64,000 nucleotides of DNA, from the IMG/VR virus record IMGVR_UViG_3300042396_000450, positions 47,624-111,623 of that record, one strand, 5' to 3'. Every line of letters begins with the position of its first letter. Position 1 is the stretch's first letter. The DNA comes from a virus. This document shows, in pieces, positions 21,151 to 32,438 of this stretch. The notes below the pieces were generated by a model. That model was not told where the DNA came from. It saw nothing but the letters and a program-made list of their open reading frames with translations, and did no database searches. A program made the position numbers and the translations under genes.

Positions 21151-21933
21151 TTAATTCCATCCAAATATGTATTCAATAGCTAACTTAATTAATGGTATGT
21201 GTTTAGCAGTATACAATGAATTACCATTAAGTTTAAATAGTGGTTGTTGTTGTGATAGATTAAGCCACGCTGATACGAGTTGTCCCGCTCTTATACGTTG
21301 ACCTTTATCTAAGTTAATTGCATGATCAAGTAAGTAATCCTTCAATATAAATGATTCTGTAGTTTCCTCAATTAACTGAAACTCTTGTAATGCTTTATCT
21401 AAACCAGGATATAGATTTAATACTTCCTGTAGCGCATTATGTTGATTATTTAATTGAGTTATTTGTTCATCTTTAACTACATTACTTTCAATTAGATATT
21501 TAACTTGATCAGAATAATCAGTTTTAATTTGAGTTACTGATTTAGTTAATTCAGCTATTGCAGATAATAACACATCTTTAGTATCTGAAACATAATACCC
21601 TTGTTTTCTTACACTAGGAAGAATCACCTCAGCTACATAATTTGTAAATGCTTCAGCTTCAGGTTTATTACTACGGAATGCAATTTTATAAACACCAGGT
21701 TCATTTATTAACCAAGTGTTATTAGGTATTTGTACTAGGCCAGAAGTTTCCTGAGATGATACATCATCATACTGAGCCTTCCATACGTCACTAATTTTAT
21801 CTAATGATTGAGAACCTGTCCATGCAATATCTAATGCCTTGAACACATCAGCAGCTACAAACCAGGGATTGCTATCAATCTCAACTACTCTAACTTGATT
21901 ATATTGAAAATTAAACAACTGTAATTCTGACAT
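21151..21933 (-). CDS. BRO-N domain antirepressor-like protein
   Basis: FNFQYNQVRVV...PWFVAADV...INEPGVY...SNKPEAEAF...ILPSVRKQGYY. Confidence 0.85.
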   Translation of the reverse strand: MSELQLFNFQYNQVRVVEIDSNPWFVAADVFKALDIAWTGSQSLDKISDVWKAQYDDVSSQETSGLVQIPNNTWLINEPGVYKIAFRSNKPEAEAFTNYVAEVILPSVRKQGYYVSDTKDVLLSAIAELTKSVTQIKTDYSDQVKYLIESNVVKDEQITQLNNQHNALQEVLNLYPGLDKALQEFQLIEETTESFILKDYLLDHAINLDKGQRIRAGQLVSAWLNLSQQQPLFKLNGNSLYTAKHIPLIKLAIEYIFGWN

Positions 21934-22007
21934 AAATAAAATCTCTGTAAGGTAAGAAAAAAAGGATTTAGTATTTAAATTATTATTGATTTCATGTATA
22001 AAACATA

Positions 22008-22289
22008 TTATTCACTTAACTTCTTATCTAATTTATTTAACTTACTATCAATAACTACTTCTAAATCATCATTAGTTATTTCAAGCATCATCATTAACTG
22101 ATTAAGCATTATCATTACATCAGCTAATTCATTTTTAACTTCATAAATGTCAAATTTACCATAACGTAAATGTTGTACTTCTAATGATAACTCAGTTAAC
22201 TCTTCTACTACTTTAATTAACTGTACATCATTACCCCATTTATCTAATGCTTGTTTACATAGAGATAACATTCTTTCTTTAACATCCAT
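22008..22289 (-). CDS. MazG-like nucleotide pyrophosphohydrolase
   Basis: EELTEL...ELADV motif. Confidence 0.75.
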   Translation of the reverse strand: MDVKERMLSLCKQALDKWGNDVQLIKVVEELTELSLEVQHLRYGKFDIYEVKNELADVMIMLNQLMMMLEITNDDLEVVIDSKLNKLDKKLSE

Positions 22290-22347
22290 AATTAATGAAC
22301 TCCAATTAAGGTAATAGAGTCAGGATTTAACTGACTCTTAAACTAAG

Positions 22348-22644
22348 TTATTTAAACAACACTAACTTAACTAAACTAAACCAGTTCAAGTAGTATCTAT
22401 ACTTAAACTTAGTATCTGTAGCATTAAGTAACTTAACTAAGTTAAATCCAGTTAAATGAAACTCAATTAACTCACGTCTAGTTAACTCATTAATAAGTAG
22501 ATAACTTAACTTGAAGTTAACTAACTTATGTAATAACTCACTATTATTAGTTAATGAATATCTAACATTCTAATCAACGTTATTACCATCACTATCATAG
22601 AATAGTGTTGTTGAATTAATGGCGGGATTAAGTGTAACTATCAT
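22348..22644 (-). pseudogene. 98-codon ORF interrupted by one in-frame TAG (22570-22572)
   Basis: MIVTLNPAINSTTLFYDSDGNNVD*NVRYSLTNNSELLHKL...LVLFK; ATG overlaps the upstream TGA. Confidence 0.55.
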
Positions 22645-22991
22645 ACGCTTGTAATATCTCCAGTTTCTAAATCAATGTAATAAAAGTCATTATTAGTTTG
22701 ATTGTTAATTAAGTATTTGTCTACCGCATCATTAATGTAAACATCATTAACAGTTATACCAACATATTCATCTAAAACTAAGTTATCTGGATTACCCAAA
22801 TACATCCATTTAAGAATCTGATTAAATAGATTAACTGTAAAATCTATGTCGGTTGTACATTTATCATGCCATTGTTTTCTTACATAAATTTCACGTAATA
22901 CATATTTAGGTGTTTCTGGATATATCGTCCTATTAAACTTAAAACCTATTTTCATAATAACAGAGCTAGGGATTTCCTAGCTCACTAAGTT

Positions 22992-23573
22992 CTACATTAC
23001 TGATTTAATTGCAGCTACAATATAAGCTACATCATTATCAGCATAGCGATATCTTTTATCATAAACCTTATTACCTTTAATGGGTGATCTACCTTTGCTG
23101 ACGCGATACACAGTTGCAGTACGTCTTGTAACTTGATTAACTTGTAATTGAGTTAGCGCGAACCCATTATCACGAATATAGTCTTGTGCAGTTACTGGAT
23201 CATGAGTTATGTTAGCATCAGTTATTTCAGTGATTCCAGGATGCTCATAGCTTGCGCCATCATAACTAGTTAAAGGTAATTCACGTTTAACTCTAAATGA
23301 TTCTACAATTAATGTATTAACTTCATTCTTATTCTGACGTTTAGTTAACCCAGTTAATAGTACAGCTTGTTGTTTATTGAATAAATAGTAGATGTTACCA
23401 CCCTTACCTGTACTCTGTTTAGCTATAGTTACTTTACTTAATTCACCATAGAACTCAAACTTAGTTAAGTTAACTCTAACTAACTTACGAACATGATCAT
23501 GAGTAATATTAAGTGTGTTAGCTAGAACACGACTATCTACAGTTAGAATACCATTGTTATTAACTAGTTGCAT
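22992..23573 (-). CDS. Rha-like regulatory protein (shared C-terminal domain family)
   Basis: LTVDSRVLA..L.ITH...YYLFNKQQ..LL Rha-like N-terminus; HPG...DYI..NG C-domain. Confidence 0.7.
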   Translation of the reverse strand: MQLVNNNGILTVDSRVLANTLNITHDHVRKLVRVNLTKFEFYGELSKVTIAKQSTGKGGNIYYLFNKQQAVLLTGLTKRQNKNEVNTLIVESFRVKRELPLTSYDGASYEHPGITEITDANITHDPVTAQDYIRDNGFALTQLQVNQVTRRTATVYRVSKGRSPIKGNKVYDKRYRYADNDVAYIVAAIKSVM

Positions 23574-23646
23574 AACTCTAAATTTCTTAAGTGACTTTAA
23601 TTGACGTTAGTTATTGATGTTAGTTAAGTTAGTTTAGTGACATAAC

Positions 23647-23895
23647 TTAGGTCGTGGTAACTAAATACTATTAGTGATCTTTGTTCATCCAATAGTTATC
23701 ATCTTTCTGGATCATAAAGAACTCATTTATAAGTACCATTTTACCGCTACTTACATCGTATACCCTAATGAAATCATAGTCGTCACTATAATTATCTATT
23801 TAATCTTGTATTAAATGAAAGTCATTAGTGATGAACTTTAAACCACTTGTCGCACCAGGAGAATACTGATTGTAAGCAAATAATAAATATTGCAT
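23647..23895 (-). pseudogene. Small ORF interrupted by in-frame TAA (23800-23802) and a later TAA TAG
   Basis: MQYLLFAYNQYSPG...HLIQD*IDNYSDDYDFIRVYDVSSGK...KDH**YLVTTT. Confidence 0.55.
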
Positions 23896-23923
23896 AATTA
23901 TTTCACCATTTTTCTTACCTTAA

Positions 23924-25360
23924 TTAATCGTTTTCAAATTCAACAGTTAAATTATCTTCATCGTCTATTAAACTATTTAAGTCATCAGCAGCATCTCCAG
24001 TTACTGTACTAACTACAGTACCATCTTCTTCAACAATATTAATAGTTACGTTCATATCGTTAATTAATCCTATCTTAGTTATTTCACGTATTGTTCGATT
24101 GATGTAGTGATCATAATTAATGTTGTGGTCATCAGCATCATAATAATCATTGAACAATGTTACTACATTACCACTAGCATATACAACTTCTTTCTCACCT
24201 TGATACTCGATTGTCTCATATACAGCAGGTATATTAACTCTATCGGATACCTTAGTTGTGAAGTTCTTCATACGACCACTAGCGGGATTAATGCGTCGTT
24301 CTGTCTCATATACAGCAGGAATTATGATGCGTTCACTAACTAATCTCTTCTCCCTCTTAGTACCTATAGTGACCTTCTTGAGTATGATATCGCGTCCAGT
24401 AGGATTACTCACAAAGAATCTGAGTGTCTTCTGTAACTCAGTTCGTTCAGTTACTAATCCATCTTCAATTAGATAGGAGTAATTAGTAAACTGACTACCT
24501 ACTTTCTGACTAATACAGAAGTCATATATGTCCTTGTGACCTCGAATAAAGTCATTTGGATGTATTCCTTCTAAATAATATTTCTGCAAGGCTAGAGCTA
24601 CAATTGGAGCATCAAAGCCCTTAAGAATACCGTTAATTGGAAGATACTTACCATTACTGCTAGGTAAATCGTAAGAAAAAAGAGGTTCAAGTGTTGCTCC
24701 CTGTGGAACGAAACTACCCTTAATCTTAACTGTACCGTCAGTTTTACGCGCTAAATAATTATTGACATCTCGGCGTACATATAAATCATACTCAGCATAT
24801 TTAAAAGTAAACTTAGTTTCAGTTTCCCATTCCTCAATAATTGACTTAACTGAATCTACTTCTAACTTATGGATGTACAACAATATACCATCTGTATTAA
24901 CAGATATGATATTGTGGTTAGCTAAATGTAACCGTTCTATTATCTGTAATAGAAATAGTTGATTGTTAACAGTTGTTTTGTAAGTACATAACAAATCACT
25001 TAAAAGGAAATTAGCGTATCCAAACAAACCAAAACACGAATTGAGCGATATCTTGAGTCCGTACTCTAATGCAGCATATATTACACTTTCTTTCTTACGT
25101 TTATTATATGCCTTACGATCATTAAGTGCATCAAGTAATGTCTCAATAAATAATTCTAAATCTAAGTGTTCTGGTGCAATACCGTAGTTAATAATAGCTG
25201 ATGGGTAAAATGAGAAGATATCCGCATCTAATAATACGTAGTCGTTTTCAGCTTTGAATATCCCTGGTTTATCAACACTATGTAAACCTCCAAGCCCAAG
25301 TTGGATTGTTAAATCACCTATTGTTACGGGTGGTAATTTAAGATCAAAGTTTTTACTCAT
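23924..25360 (-). CDS. Family B DNA polymerase, polymerase-domain part
   Basis: GGLHS, DIFSFYPS (motif A), KISLNSCFG (motif B), VNTDG (motif C), DVNNY, K.KG. Confidence 0.88.
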   Translation of the reverse strand: MSKNFDLKLPPVTIGDLTIQLGLGGLHSVDKPGIFKAENDYVLLDADIFSFYPSAIINYGIAPEHLDLELFIETLLDALNDRKAYNKRKKESVIYAALEYGLKISLNSCFGLFGYANFLLSDLLCTYKTTVNNQLFLLQIIERLHLANHNIISVNTDGILLYIHKLEVDSVKSIIEEWETETKFTFKYAEYDLYVRRDVNNYLARKTDGTVKIKGSFVPQGATLEPLFSYDLPSSNGKYLPINGILKGFDAPIVALALQKYYLEGIHPNDFIRGHKDIYDFCISQKVGSQFTNYSYLIEDGLVTERTELQKTLRFFVSNPTGRDIILKKVTIGTKREKRLVSERIIIPAVYETERRINPASGRMKNFTTKVSDRVNIPAVYETIEYQGEKEVVYASGNVVTLFNDYYDADDHNINYDHYINRTIREITKIGLINDMNVTINIVEEDGTVVSTVTGDAADDLNSLIDDEDNLTVEFEND

Positions 25361-26151
25361 GTTAGCTTTATCTCTTTTAATTGAGTTAGATATTCCTGAA
25401 GTTGCGGTGTCTTAAATGTAATAGCTGGATTAATTACATCCTTGAAATCAATAGTCTTTCTAACTGTCCTACCATACTTAATCTTCTTAACATCAATATT
25501 AGGATTCTTAGCTTTAACTTTATCAACATATAACTTACGGAATAATTCCTTACCTATTCCAGAATCACTTAAACTATTTAGATTAAGCTTATAACTCTCA
25601 CTTAATAACTCACGCATCTCTAGTCGAGGTTTAAGATACTCAAGTACCTTATAAGTTATATCAAGATCATTCTTGTTGTAATCAATAAGTAAGTTAAGTT
25701 GATCTGGTCTAACTTCATCTAGATAATGTATGGGTAAATCTTGTATTCTATGATGTTTAAGATTAACTCCACACATCTTGAGCGACGTGGTGTTAAATCC
25801 AGCACGTAGAACTTCTAATACATCGTAAGAAACAAAGGGGAGGTCATACCTATATGGATTGCGGTCGCCATTAATTAGAGTTTGTGCAAATTCCCACAAT
25901 TCTAACTTACTGATATTAGGATGACGTAAAAGATGCACTAATACAGCATCGTCAAAGTTCCATCCATTGAAGCTAATTAATATAGAATTAGTTGCAATGA
26001 AGTTAGCTAAATCGCGCCTATCATCAGTATCGTCATACCATAGATAAGTCTTATATTCACTAGTTGCAAGTGAATAAGTAGTTAAGCAAAATAGGTTCTT
26101 GTATATCTCAATATCATATACATAACCATTGTCATATAATTTCTCTAACAT
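25357..26151 (-). CDS. Family B DNA polymerase, N-terminal 3'-5' exonuclease part
   Basis: YDIE (ExoI), FNGWNFDD (ExoII), YNKNDL (ExoIII); TGA overlaps the ATG of the polymerase part. Confidence 0.85.
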   Translation of the reverse strand: MLEKLYDNGYVYDIEIYKNLFCLTTYSLATSEYKTYLWYDDTDDRRDLANFIATNSILISFNGWNFDDAVLVHLLRHPNISKLELWEFAQTLINGDRNPYRYDLPFVSYDVLEVLRAGFNTTSLKMCGVNLKHHRIQDLPIHYLDEVRPDQLNLLIDYNKNDLDITYKVLEYLKPRLEMRELLSESYKLNLNSLSDSGIGKELFRKLYVDKVKAKNPNIDVKKIKYGRTVRKTIDFKDVINPAITFKTPQLQEYLTQLKEIKLT

Positions 26152-26745
26152 ACTAGTCCCATATTATAAAGTTCTTATCTTCGTGATCATAAACCTTACT
26201 AAACAACTTAAATTGCGGCGTATCATTAATTGCGCCATCTAATGAAGTTAAAACTTATGAAGGTTCTACCAACCATATATTATCTACAACTATTGGTGTT
26301 TTTAAATGAATGGGAATGTCATCTTCGTCGTCCCATTCATAGTTAATTAAAGTAATATTGATATTATCATTCTCAATTACTATGTCATAATATCCATCTA
26401 AATCATCATTAATTGAACACGTTAACTTACTATCAATAATGCTGCAACAATTAAGTTTGATAAAACTATCATCATCTAACTGTAGTTTAAATAAATCACA
26501 GTGTAATTCAACTCTATTGATTGATGTAAGAAAAATAAGTAACTTATCAACTACTTCTTTTAATTGTTTAATTATAGACATGGATATTTCCAATTCATGT
26601 ACTTAACGTAATCATCTTTAGTAACTTCAGTTGTTAATACTAAGTCACCTTCTGCAAATTCATTAATGTTATCTCCAGTAATAACACTAATACTATAACT
26701 ACCATCTTCGTAATCGTATCTAACGTACATAAAGTTTCACCTATG

Positions 26746-26768
26746 AAAAAGCCCGCGATTAACGGGCT
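26746..26768 (-). terminator. Intrinsic terminator
   Basis: Minus strand AGCCCG-TTAATCG-CGGGCT-TTTT. Confidence 0.7.
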
Positions 26769-27268
26769 AACTAATTTATGTGATTGATGAGAACTACATC
26801 TCTTTTTTCTTACGCAATATAGGTTTTTCAATTAATTGTGTTTCGTAAATTAAGCTACTATCAATAATCTCAAGTCGTTTACCATTAACAGTAGCATTAA
26901 TATCATATAACTTTAATACTGCATTACCATCACTAACACGTCCATTGAGTTTAATAGTTTGATAATTTCTACCATACTGTAATCTAACAATTAGATAGTT
27001 ATGATTGAGATTCTCAAATATTACCCTACCAATAATGTTAACTACATCTAGTTCTACATTAGGTTGATCAATAACTCTACCAATTATAGTGAATGATAGA
27101 TATGGAGTTTGTGTATCACTCTGATTATAGATAGCTACATTATTAGTATTAGGTACTAAAATTAGTTCATTGCTTTCAGCCAAGTCTAGTTCATCATTAT
27201 CTACTAGATATTGTACTTCTTGACTCAGTGTACATGGATAAGTGCTGCCAAATGCAGTTAGTGTACCG

Positions 27269-29056
27269 TTACAATAAGTCGCTGTCGTGATTACTCGTGC
27301 TTTCTGTTTCATATAGATTCAAGTGTTCCGGTTTAAATGTTCTATCGGGCATATTGTCTAGTGTAATCATGTGATAACTATTCTCCCTATCTACTTTTCT
27401 AAATTCAATGTTGATTACTTTATTTATAATAGCAGGTTCTTCTATAACTTGTACAGTATCTCCTACTTTAAATTCACATGGGTTTAGTAATAACACAAGT
27501 TTATTACGTTCATCATTAGTTAACTTAGCTTGAACGTCTTTACGCTCGGTAATAGTAAGTGATTTAACCAGTTCTTTAACTGCATCAACTCCATCATCAA
27601 TAGCTGCAACTAACTTAACTTTAATTACTTCTAACTCACTTTGATATAACGCTGCTACACGTTCTTTCTCTTCAGCTTTATATTTCTTATCTGCCTCAGC
27701 TTCTAGATATACAGTCATCCATGATTCTCCACTACTATCAATAGCATATATAAATGCTCTGTTATTACCGACATAACGTATGATACCTTCAGTAGATGTC
27801 ATATCGTTGAGTCGCTTAACTACATCATTACGAGATGCGGCAGTTAGTTCGACTATATCATTAAGTGTTAACCCATAGACTTTAACCTCAGTATCCTCTA
27901 CATCAACTTCATCACGCCATTGTTCCCATCGTTCAAATAATAATCGCAGTATTTGATTCTGTAATTCAATATTCTCAATTGATAATACTGATTCCTTAAG
28001 TACCTTAAAGTACCAATAGTTAGCTTCATCTTTCTCGAATAATAAACTTAACTTAATAGGTTCACCATCACGAGGTATGGTGTGAACATTAACAGTACCA
28101 TCATCAGCAGCAAACATACTCCATACACCATCATTAGCGCGAGTTAAGGCACTAGATCCTGCCACACCATTCATCATACCAGTACGATTATTAGCGTTAG
28201 CCATCTTAGTATTATGGTGCAGTAGAAGAATACTGAATCCATGTTCCTGAGCTAATGATTGTAACTTATAGAGCGCACTTGGTACTTCAGGACTATATTC
28301 TGTATAACCTGATACCTTGAGACTAGCCGCTAATGTATCAATAATAATAAGATTGATATTCTTCTCTTTAACTATATCTAGTATCTTAGTTTGATCTAAT
28401 ACAATATCTACATTACGAGTTACTATTAACTTCTCACTATTAATGAGTTCCTTATATAACTCAGGTTCTTCTAACTCAAGTAACTGTAAACCGTGATCAT
28501 AGATACGAGTTATAGTAGTACCATCAATAGGTTCTTCGTTCTCAATAAATAGAACATTGCCCGCAGTAGATTCTCTATTGAGAAATGGTGTACCTCTAGC
28601 TACAGCAACCGCCGCATGAGTAGCTAAATTAGTTTTCCCTACCTTTGGACTAGCAACTACCATTATGAGTTGACCAAATTTAAGTAGTCCCTTAAATATC
28701 CATTGAGTAGCTTTATCTTTACGTAAGTTAAGTAACTCAGCTAACGTATAGAGTTTGATCTCTTGTTGCTCTACGCTATATACTTGAATTAACTGTTCAA
28801 TGTCTTTCTTATCTGTTACAAACTTAGACATCCATTCAGTTAATTGAGCTTTAATTCTCTTCTGTTTAAGTAATGATTCACAACTTGTCATTACAGCAAT
28901 ACGTTTACGAAATTCACTTTCTAATAGTGTATTAAAATCAGTTTCTATTTCATCTGGTGTTTTATCATAATCAGAACAATCTCGATGAATTACCTCGTCT
29001 CTAAGTTGCGGTGTTAGTTCCAACAACATCTGTAAATAAATGTTGTAATCTTGCAT
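27269..29056 (-). CDS. Replicative helicase-like AAA_25/RepA-family ATPase
   Basis: Walker A ASPKVGKT, FIENEE, IIIDTL, LLHHNTK, GSSAL; directly after the primase. Confidence 0.8.
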   Translation of the reverse strand: MQDYNIYLQMLLELTPQLRDEVIHRDCSDYDKTPDEIETDFNTLLESEFRKRIAVMTSCESLLKQKRIKAQLTEWMSKFVTDKKDIEQLIQVYSVEQQEIKLYTLAELLNLRKDKATQWIFKGLLKFGQLIMVVASPKVGKTNLATHAAVAVARGTPFLNRESTAGNVLFIENEEPIDGTTITRIYDHGLQLLELEEPELYKELINSEKLIVTRNVDIVLDQTKILDIVKEKNINLIIIDTLAASLKVSGYTEYSPEVPSALYKLQSLAQEHGFSILLLHHNTKMANANNRTGMMNGVAGSSALTRANDGVWSMFAADDGTVNVHTIPRDGEPIKLSLLFEKDEANYWYFKVLKESVLSIENIELQNQILRLLFERWEQWRDEVDVEDTEVKVYGLTLNDIVELTAASRNDVVKRLNDMTSTEGIIRYVGNNRAFIYAIDSSGESWMTVYLEAEADKKYKAEEKERVAALYQSELEVIKVKLVAAIDDGVDAVKELVKSLTITERKDVQAKLTNDERNKLVLLLNPCEFKVGDTVQVIEEPAIINKVINIEFRKVDRENSYHMITLDNMPDRTFKPEHLNLYETESTSNHDSDLL

Positions 29057-29834
29057 ATAGAAGTTCCTTTATATTATGTGTACCTACCAAATCAGCTATA
29101 TCACCACCATCATCAGATGTAACATCATCAAGAGGTACAAGATAAAATGGTTTACCAAGTGACCATGCTACATATTTAATTAAGTCAGATTTAACTTTAC
29201 CGATTTTATCATTATCTGGAAGATAAATAATTCCAGTTATATGAGGATTACTTAACTGTGCGAATAGATAATTATTACTCCATCCAAATGAAGGGGGTGA
29301 TAGTGTTAACCATCCAGTAATTGAACTAACTATATCTGCACATTTCTCACCTTCAGCAATTAAAACACTACCATTAGTTATGTATCTTTGATTAAATAGA
29401 CTTGTATTCTTACCTCTACCATATATCCATTGATTACCAACCTTATATTTAGGAAACAATTGCTTACTACCACCACTATCAACTCGTTCAACAATAAATT
29501 CATCAGAGTAAGAAAAATAAGTGATGCGGCGATCTCCTATTTGATATTGTTTAGCTAACTGATAATGGGGCGGACTAACCATGAGTGCATCAAACTTAGT
29601 TATTGTAGGTTGTTTAATAACTAATGTTGATGGCGTAATTATGCCACTAGAACTAGATAAACCAAGAGCTGTTCTAATTTGAGCAGTTGAACAATTCTCA
29701 GTTACACATAAGTATGCCCAATCTAGTTTCTTATACTTTAATTTGCCACCACAACTAGGACACTTATAACATATCTCAGTTGTTAATTCACTTAATATTT
29801 CTAACTTACAATCAGCTAGATTAAATTTAGGCAT
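29001..29834 (-). CDS. DNA primase (zinc finger + TOPRIM)
   Basis: CPSC...C....C zinc-binding motif; IAEGEKCAD and PDNDKIG TOPRIM motifs. Confidence 0.85.
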   Translation of the reverse strand: MPKFNLADCKLEILSELTTEICYKCPSCGGKLKYKKLDWAYLCVTENCSTAQIRTALGLSSSSGIITPSTLVIKQPTITKFDALMVSPPHYQLAKQYQIGDRRITYFSYSDEFIVERVDSGGSKQLFPKYKVGNQWIYGRGKNTSLFNQRYITNGSVLIAEGEKCADIVSSITGWLTLSPPSFGWSNNYLFAQLSNPHITGIIYLPDNDKIGKVKSDLIKYVAWSLGKPFYLVPLDDVTSDDGGDIADLVGTHNIKELLYARLQHLFTDVVGTNTAT

Positions 29835-30224
29835 ATTAAATTAAGTCTATTATGTATTGAGTTAAGTTTTCAATAGTAACTTCATCTTTATCACCATCTA
29901 ATAACTGCTGATAACAAACTGAAATTTCAGTTTGTAAGTCTTCTAAGTCGTTAAAAGTTGTATGACTTAATCTTAAATCAGCAAAGCGTAAACAACTTGA
30001 TAATAATACTTCTAATTGATCTTTACTTATGTGCATGATGAACTACTCCATGTATTGTTAACCTATGTTCTATATCACCTTTATAATCAATTAGAGTTAC
30101 TAGAACTTCATCTCCTTCAAGTACCATATCTATAATGTAGTTATTATATGATGAACTTAATTGAAATAAGTCATACGTCTTATCTTTAATTAACTTAACT
30201 AACTTATCTAAATGTTCTTCTAAT

Positions 30225-30953
30225 TCAGGTGTTAATTGCATAATACTTCTCAATGTAATTTCTATCTTTAGTAAACTCAGGTATTTCATTATCAATAATC
30301 CAACTACTTCTAGTTGTATCACCGACATTATAATAACTTTTAACTACACATCTACCACGTTTATTTGAAGTAGATAAATCATTCCAGTTATAGCCTTGTT
30401 GAAAACATAACTCTTGTACTTCACTTGTTTTCTTACCTTGAAGTTGTTTATGTGGTATTAGAGATTGACCTAGTGTATTAATTGAATTTCTAACTTGATC
30501 TTTCTGTCTCCAGATAAAGTAATTACATACATCAGATTCAGGTATATTAAAACTTCTACTATCAAAATAAGCACGTTTAATATCACCATTCCAAATTAAG
30601 TTACTATTAACTGTAAATTCAACACTTGCAATAGCGGCACTTATTGATTCTATTTTAGATTGATTATAGTTAAACCATGCTTCACTAGTTATCTCTTTAT
30701 AGTCATGTAATAGTAAACTTATTTCATCTGATTGAATATAAGCAACTTGTACATCTTGAATTTCCTCACATAACTTAATAGCTGTTAAATTCATAACATT
30801 AATTAAGTTAGCATCAAACTTATTCTTCAATGGTTTAGTGTATGTATGAAACGCTTTACCATCGAGACGTATGATAACAGGTGTACGTCTAGTTAAATAG
30901 TGAGTACATCTACTCTCGTAATAACCTTTAATTCTATCTCCAAGTGAATCCAT
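30225..30953 (-). CDS. tRNA(His) guanylyltransferase Thg1-like
   Basis: IIRLDGKAFHTYT, YIQSDEISL, FDSR, YFIWRQKD..RNS. Confidence 0.92.
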   Translation of the reverse strand: MDSLGDRIKGYYESRCTHYLTRRTPVIIRLDGKAFHTYTKPLKNKFDANLINVMNLTAIKLCEEIQDVQVAYIQSDEISLLLHDYKEITSEAWFNYNQSKIESISAAIASVEFTVNSNLIWNGDIKRAYFDSRSFNIPESDVCNYFIWRQKDQVRNSINTLGQSLIPHKQLQGKKTSEVQELCFQQGYNWNDLSTSNKRGRCVVKSYYNVGDTTRSSWIIDNEIPEFTKDRNYIEKYYAINT

Positions 30954-31427
30954 AATAGTACAGGGGTTAATTAACCCCTAGTTAAAGTGTTTAATTATTA
31001 AGTAACTTAGTTATCTCATCTAACTCTAATTGAGTTTTAAGATCCGCACTCATTAAGTTATTTAGACGTTTCTCTAATGTAGCCAACTCACTCTTCTTCG
31101 TACTGATACTTAATCTACTTAATCTAGTTTTAAGATCAATTGTCCATTCATTTAATGTGTAACCTAGATAAGTAAACTTATTATCTAAACCTAATATTTC
31201 AGTTGCTCTAGTGTGCATAACTTCTTTATTAAGTAAGAAAACAAGTATGTCTAGTATTTGTTGTTCATTTGCAGTTTGAATATTAACAATAGCATTAGCA
31301 TCAACAAACCATTTAAATGCACAATTAGTAACCCAATTAGGTTTAACTTCAAGTGCCGCGATTTCAGCTTTCTTCTTATTTACGATATCGAGTAATTCTT
31401 GAACTTTAATATCAGACATATGTTTCA

Positions 31428-32438
31428 CTATCCTTGAATGTATTGTTTACCGTTAACTAAATGAACTACTAAATCAGAATAGTTCATTAATAAATCATCT
31501 TTAGTTACTGTTATGTATTTATCATGACAACTAACTTCATTTGTGTTAACTGCATTGTTACTAACTGTAATTAACTTACAGTAACTTAACACAACGTAAT
31601 CTGAAATTAATGGAAGATAACCCTGTAGATAATAACCATAGATATGACCATTAATCTCTTTATATACATAACGTTTATCATTAGTAGGAGTTAATTGAGT
31701 TAGAGATACATGACTTATAAGAGATATGTTTTTACTACAGTTCATTATCTCTAGTAAGTCAACATAGTTATCTACAGGTAACTCACTTAACCTAACTGAT
31801 AAACTAGTTAATCCAGTTAGAGGAACTAACTTATTATTATCATCAATAAACACATATCTCTTAACTAAGTCATAACTAAAATCACACCAGTTGTAATCAT
31901 ACCAATCATACTTACCAAGATAAGTTAAGTTAACTTGCTTTTTAGTTTGATAGATACATCCAGGTATTAAATCCCGCACACCTATTTTCTTACCTTGAAG
32001 AGATGTGAATTGATTGGCAGCTTTATACTCTTCACAGTTAGCTGGTAGTAATACTAATTCCTTACCATCCCAAGCATAGATAAACTCACCTTCTAACTCT
32101 CGCTTATTGCAGTTAGTATTCATTAATATGAATAGTAGATTAGATGGTGTTATCTCAAATTCAAATCCTCTATCATCGTATACTCGAATCATTGATCTAC
32201 CACTTGAATAGTGTGACCAACTATCTCTAGTTACATCCTTATTTAGAATGAAACCAGATCGAGGAGTATTATCTAACTCTAATGTAGGGATAGTCGTATC
32301 TATCCAACCATTAAATGACTTCTCTTTGCGTAACTTACCAGTAGCATCATAGTAGATGATATAAGCTAATTGCTTAGTGAAACATTCACTTCTAACTTGA
32401 AATCCAACTTTAATCCGCGATGGTATGAATAGCTGCAT
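31428..32438 (-). CDS. Hypothetical phage protein
   Basis: 336 aa ORF in operon context. Confidence 0.65.
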   Translation of the reverse strand: MQLFIPSRIKVGFQVRSECFTKQLAYIIYYDATGKLRKEKSFNGWIDTTIPTLELDNTPRSGFILNKDVTRDSWSHYSSGRSMIRVYDDRGFEFEITPSNLLFILMNTNCNKRELEGEFIYAWDGKELVLLPANCEEYKAANQFTSLQGKKIGVRDLIPGCIYQTKKQVNLTYLGKYDWYDYNWCDFSYDLVKRYVFIDDNNKLVPLTGLTSLSVRLSELPVDNYVDLLEIMNCSKNISLISHVSLTQLTPTNDKRYVYKEINGHIYGYYLQGYLPLISDYVVLSYCKLITVSNNAVNTNEVSCHDKYITVTKDDLLMNYSDLVVHLVNGKQYIQG

